Below the pieces are notes generated by a model. The model did not search any database and was not told the DNA's origin. It saw only the letters and a list, made by a program, of their open reading frames with translations. Positions 8,012 through 15,495 of a stretch of DNA of 40,278 bases are shown one piece after another (positions within the stretch are counted from its first letter, which is position 1; each line of letters starts with the position of its first letter). Made by a program: the position numbers and the translations under genes. The stretch comes from a virus, in the IMG/VR virus record IMGVR_UViG_3300027891_000003, positions 1-40,278 of that record, one strand, 5' to 3'.

Positions 8012-8040
8012 ATAATACGAAAACTGTACCATACAGTCAA
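8012..8040 (-). promoter_or_regulatory. Putative sigma70-type promoter of the peptidase/TM operon
   Basis: Gene-sense reading is TTGACT-17 nt (ending tttcg)-TATTAT, followed 10 nt later by GGAGG and the ATG. Confidence 0.5.
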
Positions 8041-8112
8041 GATTGATTTTTTAACAAAATAAGAAAAATAATCAAAATAGTGAAAAAACAGTTGCGTTTT
8101 TTGTCCGTTTGA

Positions 8113-8556
8113 ATGAGAATAGCTATCATGCGGTATCAATACTTGGTTTTGATTTTTGTTTTGGTTTTGTCCGTTGCGCTGTTGTGCTACGCACAGACCG
8201 CCGCGAAGCCGGGGTACGTTTACGTGCTTTCGAACGTTGGTTCGTTCGGTGAAGGGGTTTACAAAGTCGGAATGACGCAACGGGAAAAACCGCTTGACCG
8301 CGTCCGTGAACTCGGCGACGCTTCGGTTCCGTTTCCGTTCGATGTGCATGTGATGATCGCCACCAACGATCCGCGTGGTCTGGAGCGCAAAATCCAAAAC
8401 GACCTGAATGAATTTCGCGTCAACAAAATCAATACAAAAAAAGAGTTTTTCCGCACCGATCTCGATACAATCGTTAGTATCATTGAAAAACACAACGGCA
8501 AGCCGTTTGATGTCACGCATGATGTAAAATCTACAGAATTTCAGCGGAGTCTTTGA
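8113..8556 (+). CDS. T5orf172/MUG113 (GIY-YIG-like) domain protein with N-terminal hydrophobic signal-anchor
   Basis: GYVYVLSN...GVYKVGMTQRE..RVRELG...PFPFDVH...EFFRTDLD fits the T5orf172 pattern. It is preceded by YLVLIFVLVLSVALLCYAQTA. Confidence 0.7.
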   Translation: MRIAIMRYQYLVLIFVLVLSVALLCYAQTAAKPGYVYVLSNVGSFGEGVYKVGMTQREKPLDRVRELGDASVPFPFDVHVMIATNDPRGLERKIQNDLNEFRVNKINTKKEFFRTDLDTIVSIIEKHNGKPFDVTHDVKSTEFQRSL

Positions 8557-8558
8557 GC

Positions 8559-9362
8559 ATGAAAAGATCAATATTATTAATTTGCATTTTTTTGATTTTT
8601 GCCAATATATTAACTGTTGATTGCTTTTCACAAGCATCGATGAGTTATGAATCCTTGCAGCGCAAGGACTTCAATACTATTCATCAACATAGAATTGATT
8701 CTGCACGTTATGCAATTGAATCAGGCAACAAACAAATGGATATTTTTAAAGAAAAATTGAATGAAAAATTTGGAGATGATGAATCGCTGAAAGAAATAGC
8801 GATGCCATTTATTAAAGAGATAATACAACAATCATCAAGAATAAAGGAGTATGAAGAGTATATTTTTAATACGATTGATGAATATAAAGACAAAGATGGT
8901 AAAAAAAGATATGAAAATACCATTGAATTTTCAAGATATGTTACATCTCTAATACAAATCGATCACGACAAAAAAATTCAATACTATAAAGACAACAAAA
9001 TCAAAACAAGGACGACTCCAACAGGATTTGAACAAATGATTGCATTGTCGAAAAAGATTGAAAAGAAATTCGTCGATGAAAAAAAGAAAGCGGAAATTCG
9101 CGCTGAAAATGAAAGAAAAGCAGAAGAACGACGATTATCAGTGGCAGCAAAGAGAGAAGCTGAATCAAAGGAAAAGGAAACGGGGTTCCGAACATGGACG
9201 ACTGCTGACGGCAAGCAACAAATCAGTGCAAAGTTTATTGGATACACTGAAGATGGAAAAGCAAGACTAGAGCGAGAAGATGGGCGATCTGGCGCAATTG
9301 CAGTGAAACTTTTGTCGCAAGCAGACCAAGAATATCTTACAAAGAAAAACTCCTACAAATAA
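8559..9362 (+). CDS. Secreted coiled-coil protein with C-terminal SHD1-like domain
   Basis: Signal-peptide-like MKRSILLICIFLIFANILTVDCFSQA and a K/E-rich middle. The C-terminus FRTWTTADGKQQISAKFIGYTEDGKARLEREDGRSGAIAVKLLSQADQEYL matches the SHD1 pattern. Confidence 0.65.
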   Translation: MKRSILLICIFLIFANILTVDCFSQASMSYESLQRKDFNTIHQHRIDSARYAIESGNKQMDIFKEKLNEKFGDDESLKEIAMPFIKEIIQQSSRIKEYEEYIFNTIDEYKDKDGKKRYENTIEFSRYVTSLIQIDHDKKIQYYKDNKIKTRTTPTGFEQMIALSKKIEKKFVDEKKKAEIRAENERKAEERRLSVAAKREAESKEKETGFRTWTTADGKQQISAKFIGYTEDGKARLEREDGRSGAIAVKLLSQADQEYLTKKNSYK

Positions 9363-9380
9363 TCTCAAAAAATAAATTCA

Positions 9381-9403
9381 GCCCCGACCGCCGGGGCTTT
9401 TTT
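9381..9403 (+). terminator. Rho-independent terminator
   Basis: gccccg-accg-ccggggc stem-loop followed by tttttt. Confidence 0.8.
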
Positions 9404-9416
9404 CATGCGCACTTCA

Positions 9417-9438
9417 GCTATGTGATATATCACATAGC
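9417..9438. promoter_or_regulatory. Perfect 22-bp palindrome GCTATGTGATA|TATCACATAGC upstream of the structural operon promoter
   Basis: Read directly. The centre lies about 70 bp upstream of the predicted start of the 9465-9492 promoter. Confidence 0.6.
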
Positions 9439-9464
9439 ACTCTATTAAGACGCTGTAAAAACTC

Positions 9465-9492
9465 TTGATGTTTCCCGGAATCGCTCTATAGT
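9465..9492 (+). promoter_or_regulatory. Putative promoter of the head operon
   Basis: TTGATG-16 nt-TATAGT, about 20 nt upstream of ATG 9512. Confidence 0.45.
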
Positions 9493-9511
9493 GCGATCAA
9501 GGGAAACGACC

Positions 9512-9706
9512 ATGTCTGACTTCGGCACCATTCTTCAAAATCAATTCGACGAAGGCGCGCGCGTTCAATCGGCGTCGGGCGACGGGATCACTATCTCGTT
9601 CCAGAATCCGAAAGATGCGGTCGAGGCCGAAATGCTGAAAGAAGCACTCGACCAGATGCGACAGGGTGTTGTCATTGCCACCGTAACGGGAGCGAATCGC
9701 GGATAG
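9512..9706 (+). CDS. Small hypothetical protein (64 aa)
   Basis: ATG 9512 inside ORF 9491-9706. It sits between the promoter and the portal gene. Confidence 0.5.
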   Translation: MSDFGTILQNQFDEGARVQSASGDGITISFQNPKDAVEAEMLKEALDQMRQGVVIATVTGANRG

Positions 9707-9716
9707 ATTTTAATTT

Positions 9717-9802
9717 TCACCACGAAGAGCACGAAGAACACGAAGTTTTTTAAAAATTGTTTATGAAAATCCCTTCGTGGTTCTTCGTGACCTTCGTGGT
9801 GA
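9717..9802. repeat. Long imperfect palindromic element, copy A (CACCACGAAG..ACGAAG arms)
   Basis: Left arm tcaccacgaagagcacgaagaacacgaag (9717-9745). Loop contains gtttatgaaaat. Right arm cttcgtggttcttcgtgaccttcgtggtga (9773-9802). Near-identical second copy at 14349-14423. Confidence 0.85.
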
Positions 9803-9812
9803 ATCAAATATT

Positions 9813-12158
9813 ATGAAACGCAAGAAACGAAAACAACCCGCCCACACTGCAAACCACGCGATTGCCCGCGTGGAGGCGGTTTCGTTTCAGCCGGATACGT
9901 GGCAACGATGGATCGGGGCAAGACAATTTCTCGATGCCGTCCAACCGATCACGGTCATGGACCGAAACGAAGCGACGGCGAGATCGCGCTATTTGTTCAC
10001 GCACAGTTCACACGTCGCCGGAATGCTTCGTAACATTGCATCGCAGGTGATCGGCACTGGGGCGGCTCTCGAATTTTCCATCGACCACCTGATCGATGAC
10101 CGCAAAAGCGCGACGCTCAACAGGATGTCCCGCGAGATTTCGTACAAAGTCCAGTCAAAATTTCATCAATGGGCGGACGAAACCGGGCTGTTTCAAGAAC
10201 TTTACAATGCGATCATCGATCTTTACACAACCGGCGACAGCTTCGGCGTCATGGTGCCCGACCCGGACAATGAAATTTGCCCCGTCCGTTACTTGACCAT
10301 CGACCCAGTGCGCGTCGGAAACCCGAACAACACGATCAACACGGTCGATCAACTCGACGGCATCAACTACAACAGGTACGGTAAGCCGACGCACTACACG
10401 ATCTACGAAATTCCAGAAAATGTCAACGGTTCGTGGAATGCGATGCGTTACAAAACCATCCCGGAAAGTCAGGTTTGCCACATTTACCTCAAGGATTTCA
10501 GCGAGGGACGGCGCGGAATCAGCCCCTTGCTTCCTGTTCTGGAAGACATTGGACGGTTGATCGACTACGAAACGAATTACCTTGAGCAGATCAAGAATCA
10601 AGCGGCGTTTATCGGTTTTATCGAGACCGAACGCAACGCCATGTCGGGTGCCAACCTCACCAAGAGCGCGTTTGAACAAGCACTCGACAATTTCAACGCG
10701 CCGAACAACAGGCACATCAACAGGTGCAAACTCCCCATCCTGACTCCCGGTAGCAATTGGAAGTCAGCACCCAACGCGCCGAACAATATCACCTACGACA
10801 ATTACGTCCAAACGAAGCTTGCAGCCATTGCACACGCCCTGCAAATCCCAAAACACATCGCAGTCAACTCGGCTGAGAAAGGTTCCTACTCGTCCATCCG
10901 GCTTGAACAACAACGCCAGCAGGTTTGGCTGGACACGCTGAGAAAAATCGTGGACGTAAGAATCCACAATCGCATCTTCCGGTATTTTTACCAGTGGATT
11001 TTGCCGGATTTGTACGAAGAGTACATCGACGAATACTTCAAGTATATTCCCGAACCGGAAAACGTTTGCATCAAGTGGAACTACCCGACGCCGGAGGGAA
11101 TCAACCCGAAAGACAAGGTGGAAATGCTTGTCCTCGCGCTCGACAACGACCTGATTACACCCGATCAGGCTGTCAAGGCGATGGGCAACTCGACCAGCGT
11201 CACGGACATCATCGACAAAAAGACAGAGAAGGACACCTACCGCAACCAAATGGCCGGGACGGTGGAAACCAGTTACGTTGACATCACTCTTGCCAACAGT
11301 ATCAAGGAAACGATCAAGCAGGTGCAGGCCGGTGAGATCATGGAAAGCCAGGCGATTCAACTGCTCGAAAAAGTCTATGGCATCGAACGCGAAACGGCAG
11401 TGTCGATCATTACCGGAGAAGACCCCAAAACACCTGAAACGACGCTTGAATTGACGCCGGAAACGAACACGCTCAACAAATCGGTAGCGAATCGCACAAG
11501 AATTGTCATGCCGATCTGCGGTACACTCAAGCAAAAGGTCATTGCCGCTTTGCAGGAAAACAAAAACAGGGATTTGTACTTTGTGGACGCCGTGCTTGTT
11601 TCGACCGGCATGAATAATAAAGACGACGTGTTTTTGCGTGATGAACTCTGGAAGGCGCGCAACACGCCGATCAACAAGCCCACGAACATCGAGCACTATT
11701 CCAATATCGCCATCGGTCACATTACGGAAACATGGGCGACGGCTTTTGGAAGCGACGAAGAAATCCGTTCTCTGCGCGATTTGCCGGAAGAGTTTCACTT
11801 GAATTGCCGCAGCGTCATTTACCGGAAGCTTGAAGGCGATTTGGGAACGGCCATCCGCGATTTGATTTTGCGAATCGAGGCCGACGAAATGAGCGTGTCG
11901 ATGGAGGTATGGTTCGACGATTACGATTTTGCCTTTCAAAATAAGGACGGAAGCATTGAAGTCATTCCGCGCGACTCAAGCAATGCGTCCATGAAAAAAT
12001 ACCTCAAAGCCTATCGCGGTCCGGGCGAGTACGAAGGGCGGCGCATCGGCAGAGCTTTTCGCGGCATCGAGTTCATCGGGATGGGTTTCGTTGAAAACCC
12101 GGCGAACGAATATTCGGAAATTTTGGGCGGGTCGTTTTTTGAGTCCGCATTAAATTAA
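9813..12158 (+). CDS. Portal protein with C-terminal prohead-protease-like extension
   Basis: 782 aa from ATG 9813; the track start at 9777 lies inside the palindromic element. Positioned as the first large gene of the head operon, immediately upstream of the capsid gene (the terminase lies 3.1 kb further upstream, beyond the accessory island). The last ~220 aa carry His (NIEHYSNIAIGHI) and Ser (MSVSMEVW) motifs and GMGFVENPAN, like HK97-type prohead proteases. Confidence 0.65.
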   Translation: MKRKKRKQPAHTANHAIARVEAVSFQPDTWQRWIGARQFLDAVQPITVMDRNEATARSRYLFTHSSHVAGMLRNIASQVIGTGAALEFSIDHLIDDRKSATLNRMSREISYKVQSKFHQWADETGLFQELYNAIIDLYTTGDSFGVMVPDPDNEICPVRYLTIDPVRVGNPNNTINTVDQLDGINYNRYGKPTHYTIYEIPENVNGSWNAMRYKTIPESQVCHIYLKDFSEGRRGISPLLPVLEDIGRLIDYETNYLEQIKNQAAFIGFIETERNAMSGANLTKSAFEQALDNFNAPNNRHINRCKLPILTPGSNWKSAPNAPNNITYDNYVQTKLAAIAHALQIPKHIAVNSAEKGSYSSIRLEQQRQQVWLDTLRKIVDVRIHNRIFRYFYQWILPDLYEEYIDEYFKYIPEPENVCIKWNYPTPEGINPKDKVEMLVLALDNDLITPDQAVKAMGNSTSVTDIIDKKTEKDTYRNQMAGTVETSYVDITLANSIKETIKQVQAGEIMESQAIQLLEKVYGIERETAVSIITGEDPKTPETTLELTPETNTLNKSVANRTRIVMPICGTLKQKVIAALQENKNRDLYFVDAVLVSTGMNNKDDVFLRDELWKARNTPINKPTNIEHYSNIAIGHITETWATAFGSDEEIRSLRDLPEEFHLNCRSVIYRKLEGDLGTAIRDLILRIEADEMSVSMEVWFDDYDFAFQNKDGSIEVIPRDSSNASMKKYLKAYRGPGEYEGRRIGRAFRGIEFIGMGFVENPANEYSEILGGSFFESALN

Positions 12159-12172
12159 CACAAGGAAAAATC

Positions 12173-13963
12173 ATGACAAAAAAGCAAAATACCAAAGCTT
12201 CCACCGAGCAGGAAATTCTCGACGAGGCGGGAACGACGCTCGATGAAGTGGTGCAAACCGCCGTCGACGCCGTGGATACGCTGCTCGCGGAAAACCCGGA
12301 CGTCACCGTGGACGAGGTGGCGACCACCGTTGTCGAAGCTGTTATGGCGGACATTGACTCGGGCACTTCGCCCGACGGTGCCGCAGCCGCAGCCGCAGCA
12401 GAAACGCCGACCGACACCACAAACTACGAAGACGAAGCCTTCATGAAGTGGCTCGATGTGGTGGGAGTCACTATGGACGCATGGGACGCCATGTCCGACG
12501 AGGACAAAAACGTTCTCTGGACGGCGTACAATGCCATCGGAAATGCCATGACGGATGACGAGAAAAAGAAGGAGTCCGTCGCATCGATCACAAAAAAAGC
12601 GTTGGCGAGTAAGGGTTCGGAGAGCAACGCCGTGAAAGAATTTGTTCGCGTCAATGCCATTCGCGCGATGTGTCCCGACAAGGCGTTTGCATCTGAAGCC
12701 ATCAAAAAGGGCTGGAACCAGGAACGTACGAAAAAACTTTACGAGCTTCGCTCGAAGGCCACAGCGTCTAAAAACGAAATTTCACAAACCATTCATAAAG
12801 GTTCAAACATGACCCACGAAAATGAATTCGATATTTACACTACCTCACTTGCCAGAACGTTTGGAGTCACGGAAAAAGGAATCCTCTCGCTCTACGGTCG
12901 CGACAAGAACCGGGCCGAGCGTGCCATTGCTTCCGCCGACAAAGAGTACAACGGAATGACGCCGAGCGACGTGATTCGCAGGATATTGAAACTGGACTAC
13001 AGCCGCAAGCTGAATACGGACGACGTGCGCAAAGCGTTTGCGAGCACGGGATTTTCGACCATTGACGCACTCGCCATTTTCAACACGGTGCATCAGCGTT
13101 ATCTTGACGAGCAGTACCAACTTCAGGAATCGATTGCAGGCAAGATCGTCAAGGAAGTCATAGTCGATGATTTCTCGGTGGCCGAGATCAGCAAGATGAT
13201 TCTTGGCAGCGGCCTTCGGGAAGTTCCCGTCAGCGGCGAAGTGCCGCATGGCAAAATGGAAATGGAAAAATTTTCCGTGCAGCCGAAACGCTACGCCGAA
13301 AAATTTGTCATCGACGAGATGTACTACATCAACGACGACATCGGCATGGTGCAGGACGCCATGCGCACCATAGCCAACGGGGCTTATGTTTTCTATGACG
13401 AAACCGTTATGGCCAAAGTACGACAACTGATGACTGGAGGTCTTGGCAATGATGGACTGCCATTCTTCAGCAGTGCCAACGGAAATCTGAGCACAGGATT
13501 GGCGAACAGTGTGCTCGGATTTAACGGGTACAATAACGCGACGAAACTGTTTTTGAATTTGCGCAGGCATGGCCAATTGATCAACGTGCAGCCCAGCATG
13601 GTGATTGTTCCGCCGGCGCAAGCGGCAACCGCGATGTTGCTCTTCCAATCGACGGCAACGACGGAATTGAGCATGAATGGCAACGCCAACATTTGGCAGG
13701 GAAGGTTCAACCCGATTGTCACTCCGGGATTGGGAAGCCTTGCCCCCGCCCCAACAGTGACTGACACGGCCTGGCTGATGATCGCCGACCCAAACCAAAT
13801 GCCGTTCATTTACGTGGCCAAGCAGCGCAACTACGCATCGCCGACAGTCGAAACTCAACCAGTTTCTCTCGATTATTTCGGAACGCTCACACGCGTTACC
13901 ATGTCTCTCGGAGTTGTTGCCGGAAACACTGCCGGTGCCGTTTTGAGCACTGGTGCGGCTTAA
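12173..13963 (+). CDS. Major capsid protein (Mu gpT-like/HK97 fold) with acidic Ala-rich N-terminal scaffold-like region
   Basis: 596 aa. KFSVQPKRYAEKFVIDEMYYINDDIGMV and NIWQGRFNPIVTPGL...AWLMIADP fit gpT-like capsid patterns. Positioned after the portal and before the decoration gene. Confidence 0.7.
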   Translation: MTKKQNTKASTEQEILDEAGTTLDEVVQTAVDAVDTLLAENPDVTVDEVATTVVEAVMADIDSGTSPDGAAAAAAAETPTDTTNYEDEAFMKWLDVVGVTMDAWDAMSDEDKNVLWTAYNAIGNAMTDDEKKKESVASITKKALASKGSESNAVKEFVRVNAIRAMCPDKAFASEAIKKGWNQERTKKLYELRSKATASKNEISQTIHKGSNMTHENEFDIYTTSLARTFGVTEKGILSLYGRDKNRAERAIASADKEYNGMTPSDVIRRILKLDYSRKLNTDDVRKAFASTGFSTIDALAIFNTVHQRYLDEQYQLQESIAGKIVKEVIVDDFSVAEISKMILGSGLREVPVSGEVPHGKMEMEKFSVQPKRYAEKFVIDEMYYINDDIGMVQDAMRTIANGAYVFYDETVMAKVRQLMTGGLGNDGLPFFSSANGNLSTGLANSVLGFNGYNNATKLFLNLRRHGQLINVQPSMVIVPPAQAATAMLLFQSTATTELSMNGNANIWQGRFNPIVTPGLGSLAPAPTVTDTAWLMIADPNQMPFIYVAKQRNYASPTVETQPVSLDYFGTLTRVTMSLGVVAGNTAGAVLSTGAA

Positions 13964-14013
13964 TCGCATTTTGAATTTCACAAAAACCATCACACGAAAA
14001 ATGAGGTCATATT

Positions 14014-14343
14014 ATGAGTCAAAGAACATACTCTTTTCCCGGCTTTGATTTTGAAGCCGTCGTGGACACGCCCGCCGGAACCATACTGGTGTTCAACCAG
14101 TTGATCGGAATCACGACAGATTCCATTCCAAAAGGCACAAAGGCAGGCGTCGCACAGCAAGGACACTTCCTGTTCGATACGGCAGAAGCCAAAGCCATAG
14201 CCTATACCAAAGGCGCGCCTGTGTATATCACTGCGTCCGCCGGGATCGGCACGATCACGGCAACCGGAATACAAATCGGCGTCGCAACGAAAGATTCCCC
14301 CGTCGGTCAGCCGCTCGAATGCATTTTGAAGCTGGGACATTAA
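14014..14343 (+). CDS. DUF2190-like head decoration/cement protein
   Basis: 109 aa. The pattern ...LIGITTDSIPKGTKAGVAQQGHFLF...GAPVYI...IQIGVATKDSPVG..LECILKLG is like DUF2190 proteins encoded next to capsid genes. Confidence 0.6.
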   Translation: MSQRTYSFPGFDFEAVVDTPAGTILVFNQLIGITTDSIPKGTKAGVAQQGHFLFDTAEAKAIAYTKGAPVYITASAGIGTITATGIQIGVATKDSPVGQPLECILKLGH

Positions 14344-14348
14344 TTTAT

Positions 14349-14423
14349 TCACCACGAAGAACACAAAGAACCACGAAGGAGTTTATGAAAAATCTTCGTG
14401 TTCCTTCGTGACCTTCGTGGTGA
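14349..14423. repeat. Long imperfect palindromic element, copy B
   Basis: tcaccacgaagaacacaaagaaccacgaag (14349-14378), loop gagtttatgaaaaat, cttcgtgttccttcgtgaccttcgtggtga (14394-14423). The right arm differs from copy A at about 3 positions. Confidence 0.85.
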
Positions 14424-14440
14424 AAATAAAAAGGAGTATC

Positions 14441-14671
14441 ATGAATCAAAAAGAAATTTACAAAGACGATTCCGTTTTGGTCATCCATAGCGGCAATAAT
14501 CTCGTTTTCCGGCACCCGACAGCCAGAATCTCTTATGGTAGCATCGAACTGATGGGGTTCGAGGCCGGCGGCGTGTGGGAAGCGATTTTTATTGAGTTTA
14601 GCAAGAAACAAGAGAATGTAACCAACGTTACTTCAAACGTTCGACCATCTAAAAACCAAAAACAAAGTTGA
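14441..14671 (+). CDS. Hypothetical protein (76 aa)
   Basis: AAGGAG at 14431-14436, ATG at 14441. Confidence 0.55.
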   Translation: MNQKEIYKDDSVLVIHSGNNLVFRHPTARISYGSIELMGFEAGGVWEAIFIEFSKKQENVTNVTSNVRPSKNQKQS

Positions 14672-14673
14672 AT

Positions 14674-15444
14674 ATGATAAAGAAAAAACAAATTCCTGTT
14701 GCGATTCTTGCGGCGGTTCTTTTTGGTTGTACCCATCTCCAGGGGAAAGTGGAAGCGGCGGAGATCGCCGGGCCGGTTCTTGTCCGGCCCGGTCTCCCTG
14801 CCGTTTTTGAACTGCCGGTCCAAGCGGCCTGGACGGTGACGCCTCTTGATCTTGCTAATGGAAAGTATGTTCCCGACAGCAGTTTCACTAAAATTTTCTT
14901 CGCGTCACCCGACGAAGGGACGTTTACCATCGTCGCCGCGTGCCTTGTCGATGGAGAGGTTGAGCAGTTTGTTCACACATTTATCGTATCGGCCAAAGAT
15001 GCGCCGCCTCCCAACCCCAACCCCCATCCCCAACCTGAACCTCCCCCTCCTCCTCCGCCACCACCTCCGGTCATCACTCTCGGCGATTGGGTGGCCAAGA
15101 ACGTTCCGGCGACAGACAAAATGCGATTGCAACGTGCTGCGTCTGTCTACACGAATGTTGCAAGCGGAATAGAACGCGGAACGATTCGCACGCCCGACGG
15201 TGTTTATGCCAGTTTGCGAAGCAACATGCAGCCCATCGCCGTCACCAAAGAATGGCAAACATTCATGGCACAACTCAACGAAAAACTGCAAGCTGACGTC
15301 GTTGAACGCATGAAAAACTTAACCTACCCGACCGAGGACTTGTGCAAAATGCAAGCCTTAAAACCGGCACTCAAAGAGATTGCCAAAGCATTAGGGACGA
15401 GGGACGAGGGGCGAGATTTCAGTAACCCTAGCCCCAGTCCCTAA
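14674..15444 (+). CDS. Lipoprotein with poly-proline linker
   Basis: MIKKKQIPVAILAAVLFGC is a lipobox-like LFGC. Internal tract PPPNPNPHPQPEPPPPPPPPPPV. Confidence 0.65.
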   Translation: MIKKKQIPVAILAAVLFGCTHLQGKVEAAEIAGPVLVRPGLPAVFELPVQAAWTVTPLDLANGKYVPDSSFTKIFFASPDEGTFTIVAACLVDGEVEQFVHTFIVSAKDAPPPNPNPHPQPEPPPPPPPPPPVITLGDWVAKNVPATDKMRLQRAASVYTNVASGIERGTIRTPDGVYASLRSNMQPIAVTKEWQTFMAQLNEKLQADVVERMKNLTYPTEDLCKMQALKPALKEIAKALGTRDEGRDFSNPSPSP

Positions 15445-15492
15445 CCCTTAGCCACTAGCCCCTAGCCCCTAACCCCTAGCCCCTAACCCCTA
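15426..15492. repeat. Tandem heptamer CCCTARC x ~9.5 (minus strand GYTAGGG, telomere-like, G4-prone)
   Basis: CCTA anchors at 15440, 47, 54, 61, 68, 75, 82 and 89 show a strict 7-nt period. The tract spans the stop of the lipoprotein gene and ends at ATG 15496. Confidence 0.9.
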
Positions 15493-15495
15493 AAA

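Noticed and set aside
9777-9812. Upstream alternative starts for the portal gene (9777) and for ORF 14408-14671
   Set aside because: Both extensions merely translate the right arm of the palindromic element (..LRDLRGE / FVVKIK). A proper ATG (at 9813; at 14441 preceded by an AAGGAG RBS) follows the element.
10764-11939. Long minus-strand ORFs opposite large + strand genes (also 2932-3825, 4927-5625, 12845-13993, 35166-35906, 36586-37344)
   Set aside because: They are antisense shadows of well-supported + strand genes. Their translations are Arg/His/Val-rich and low-complexity, with no RBS or motifs.
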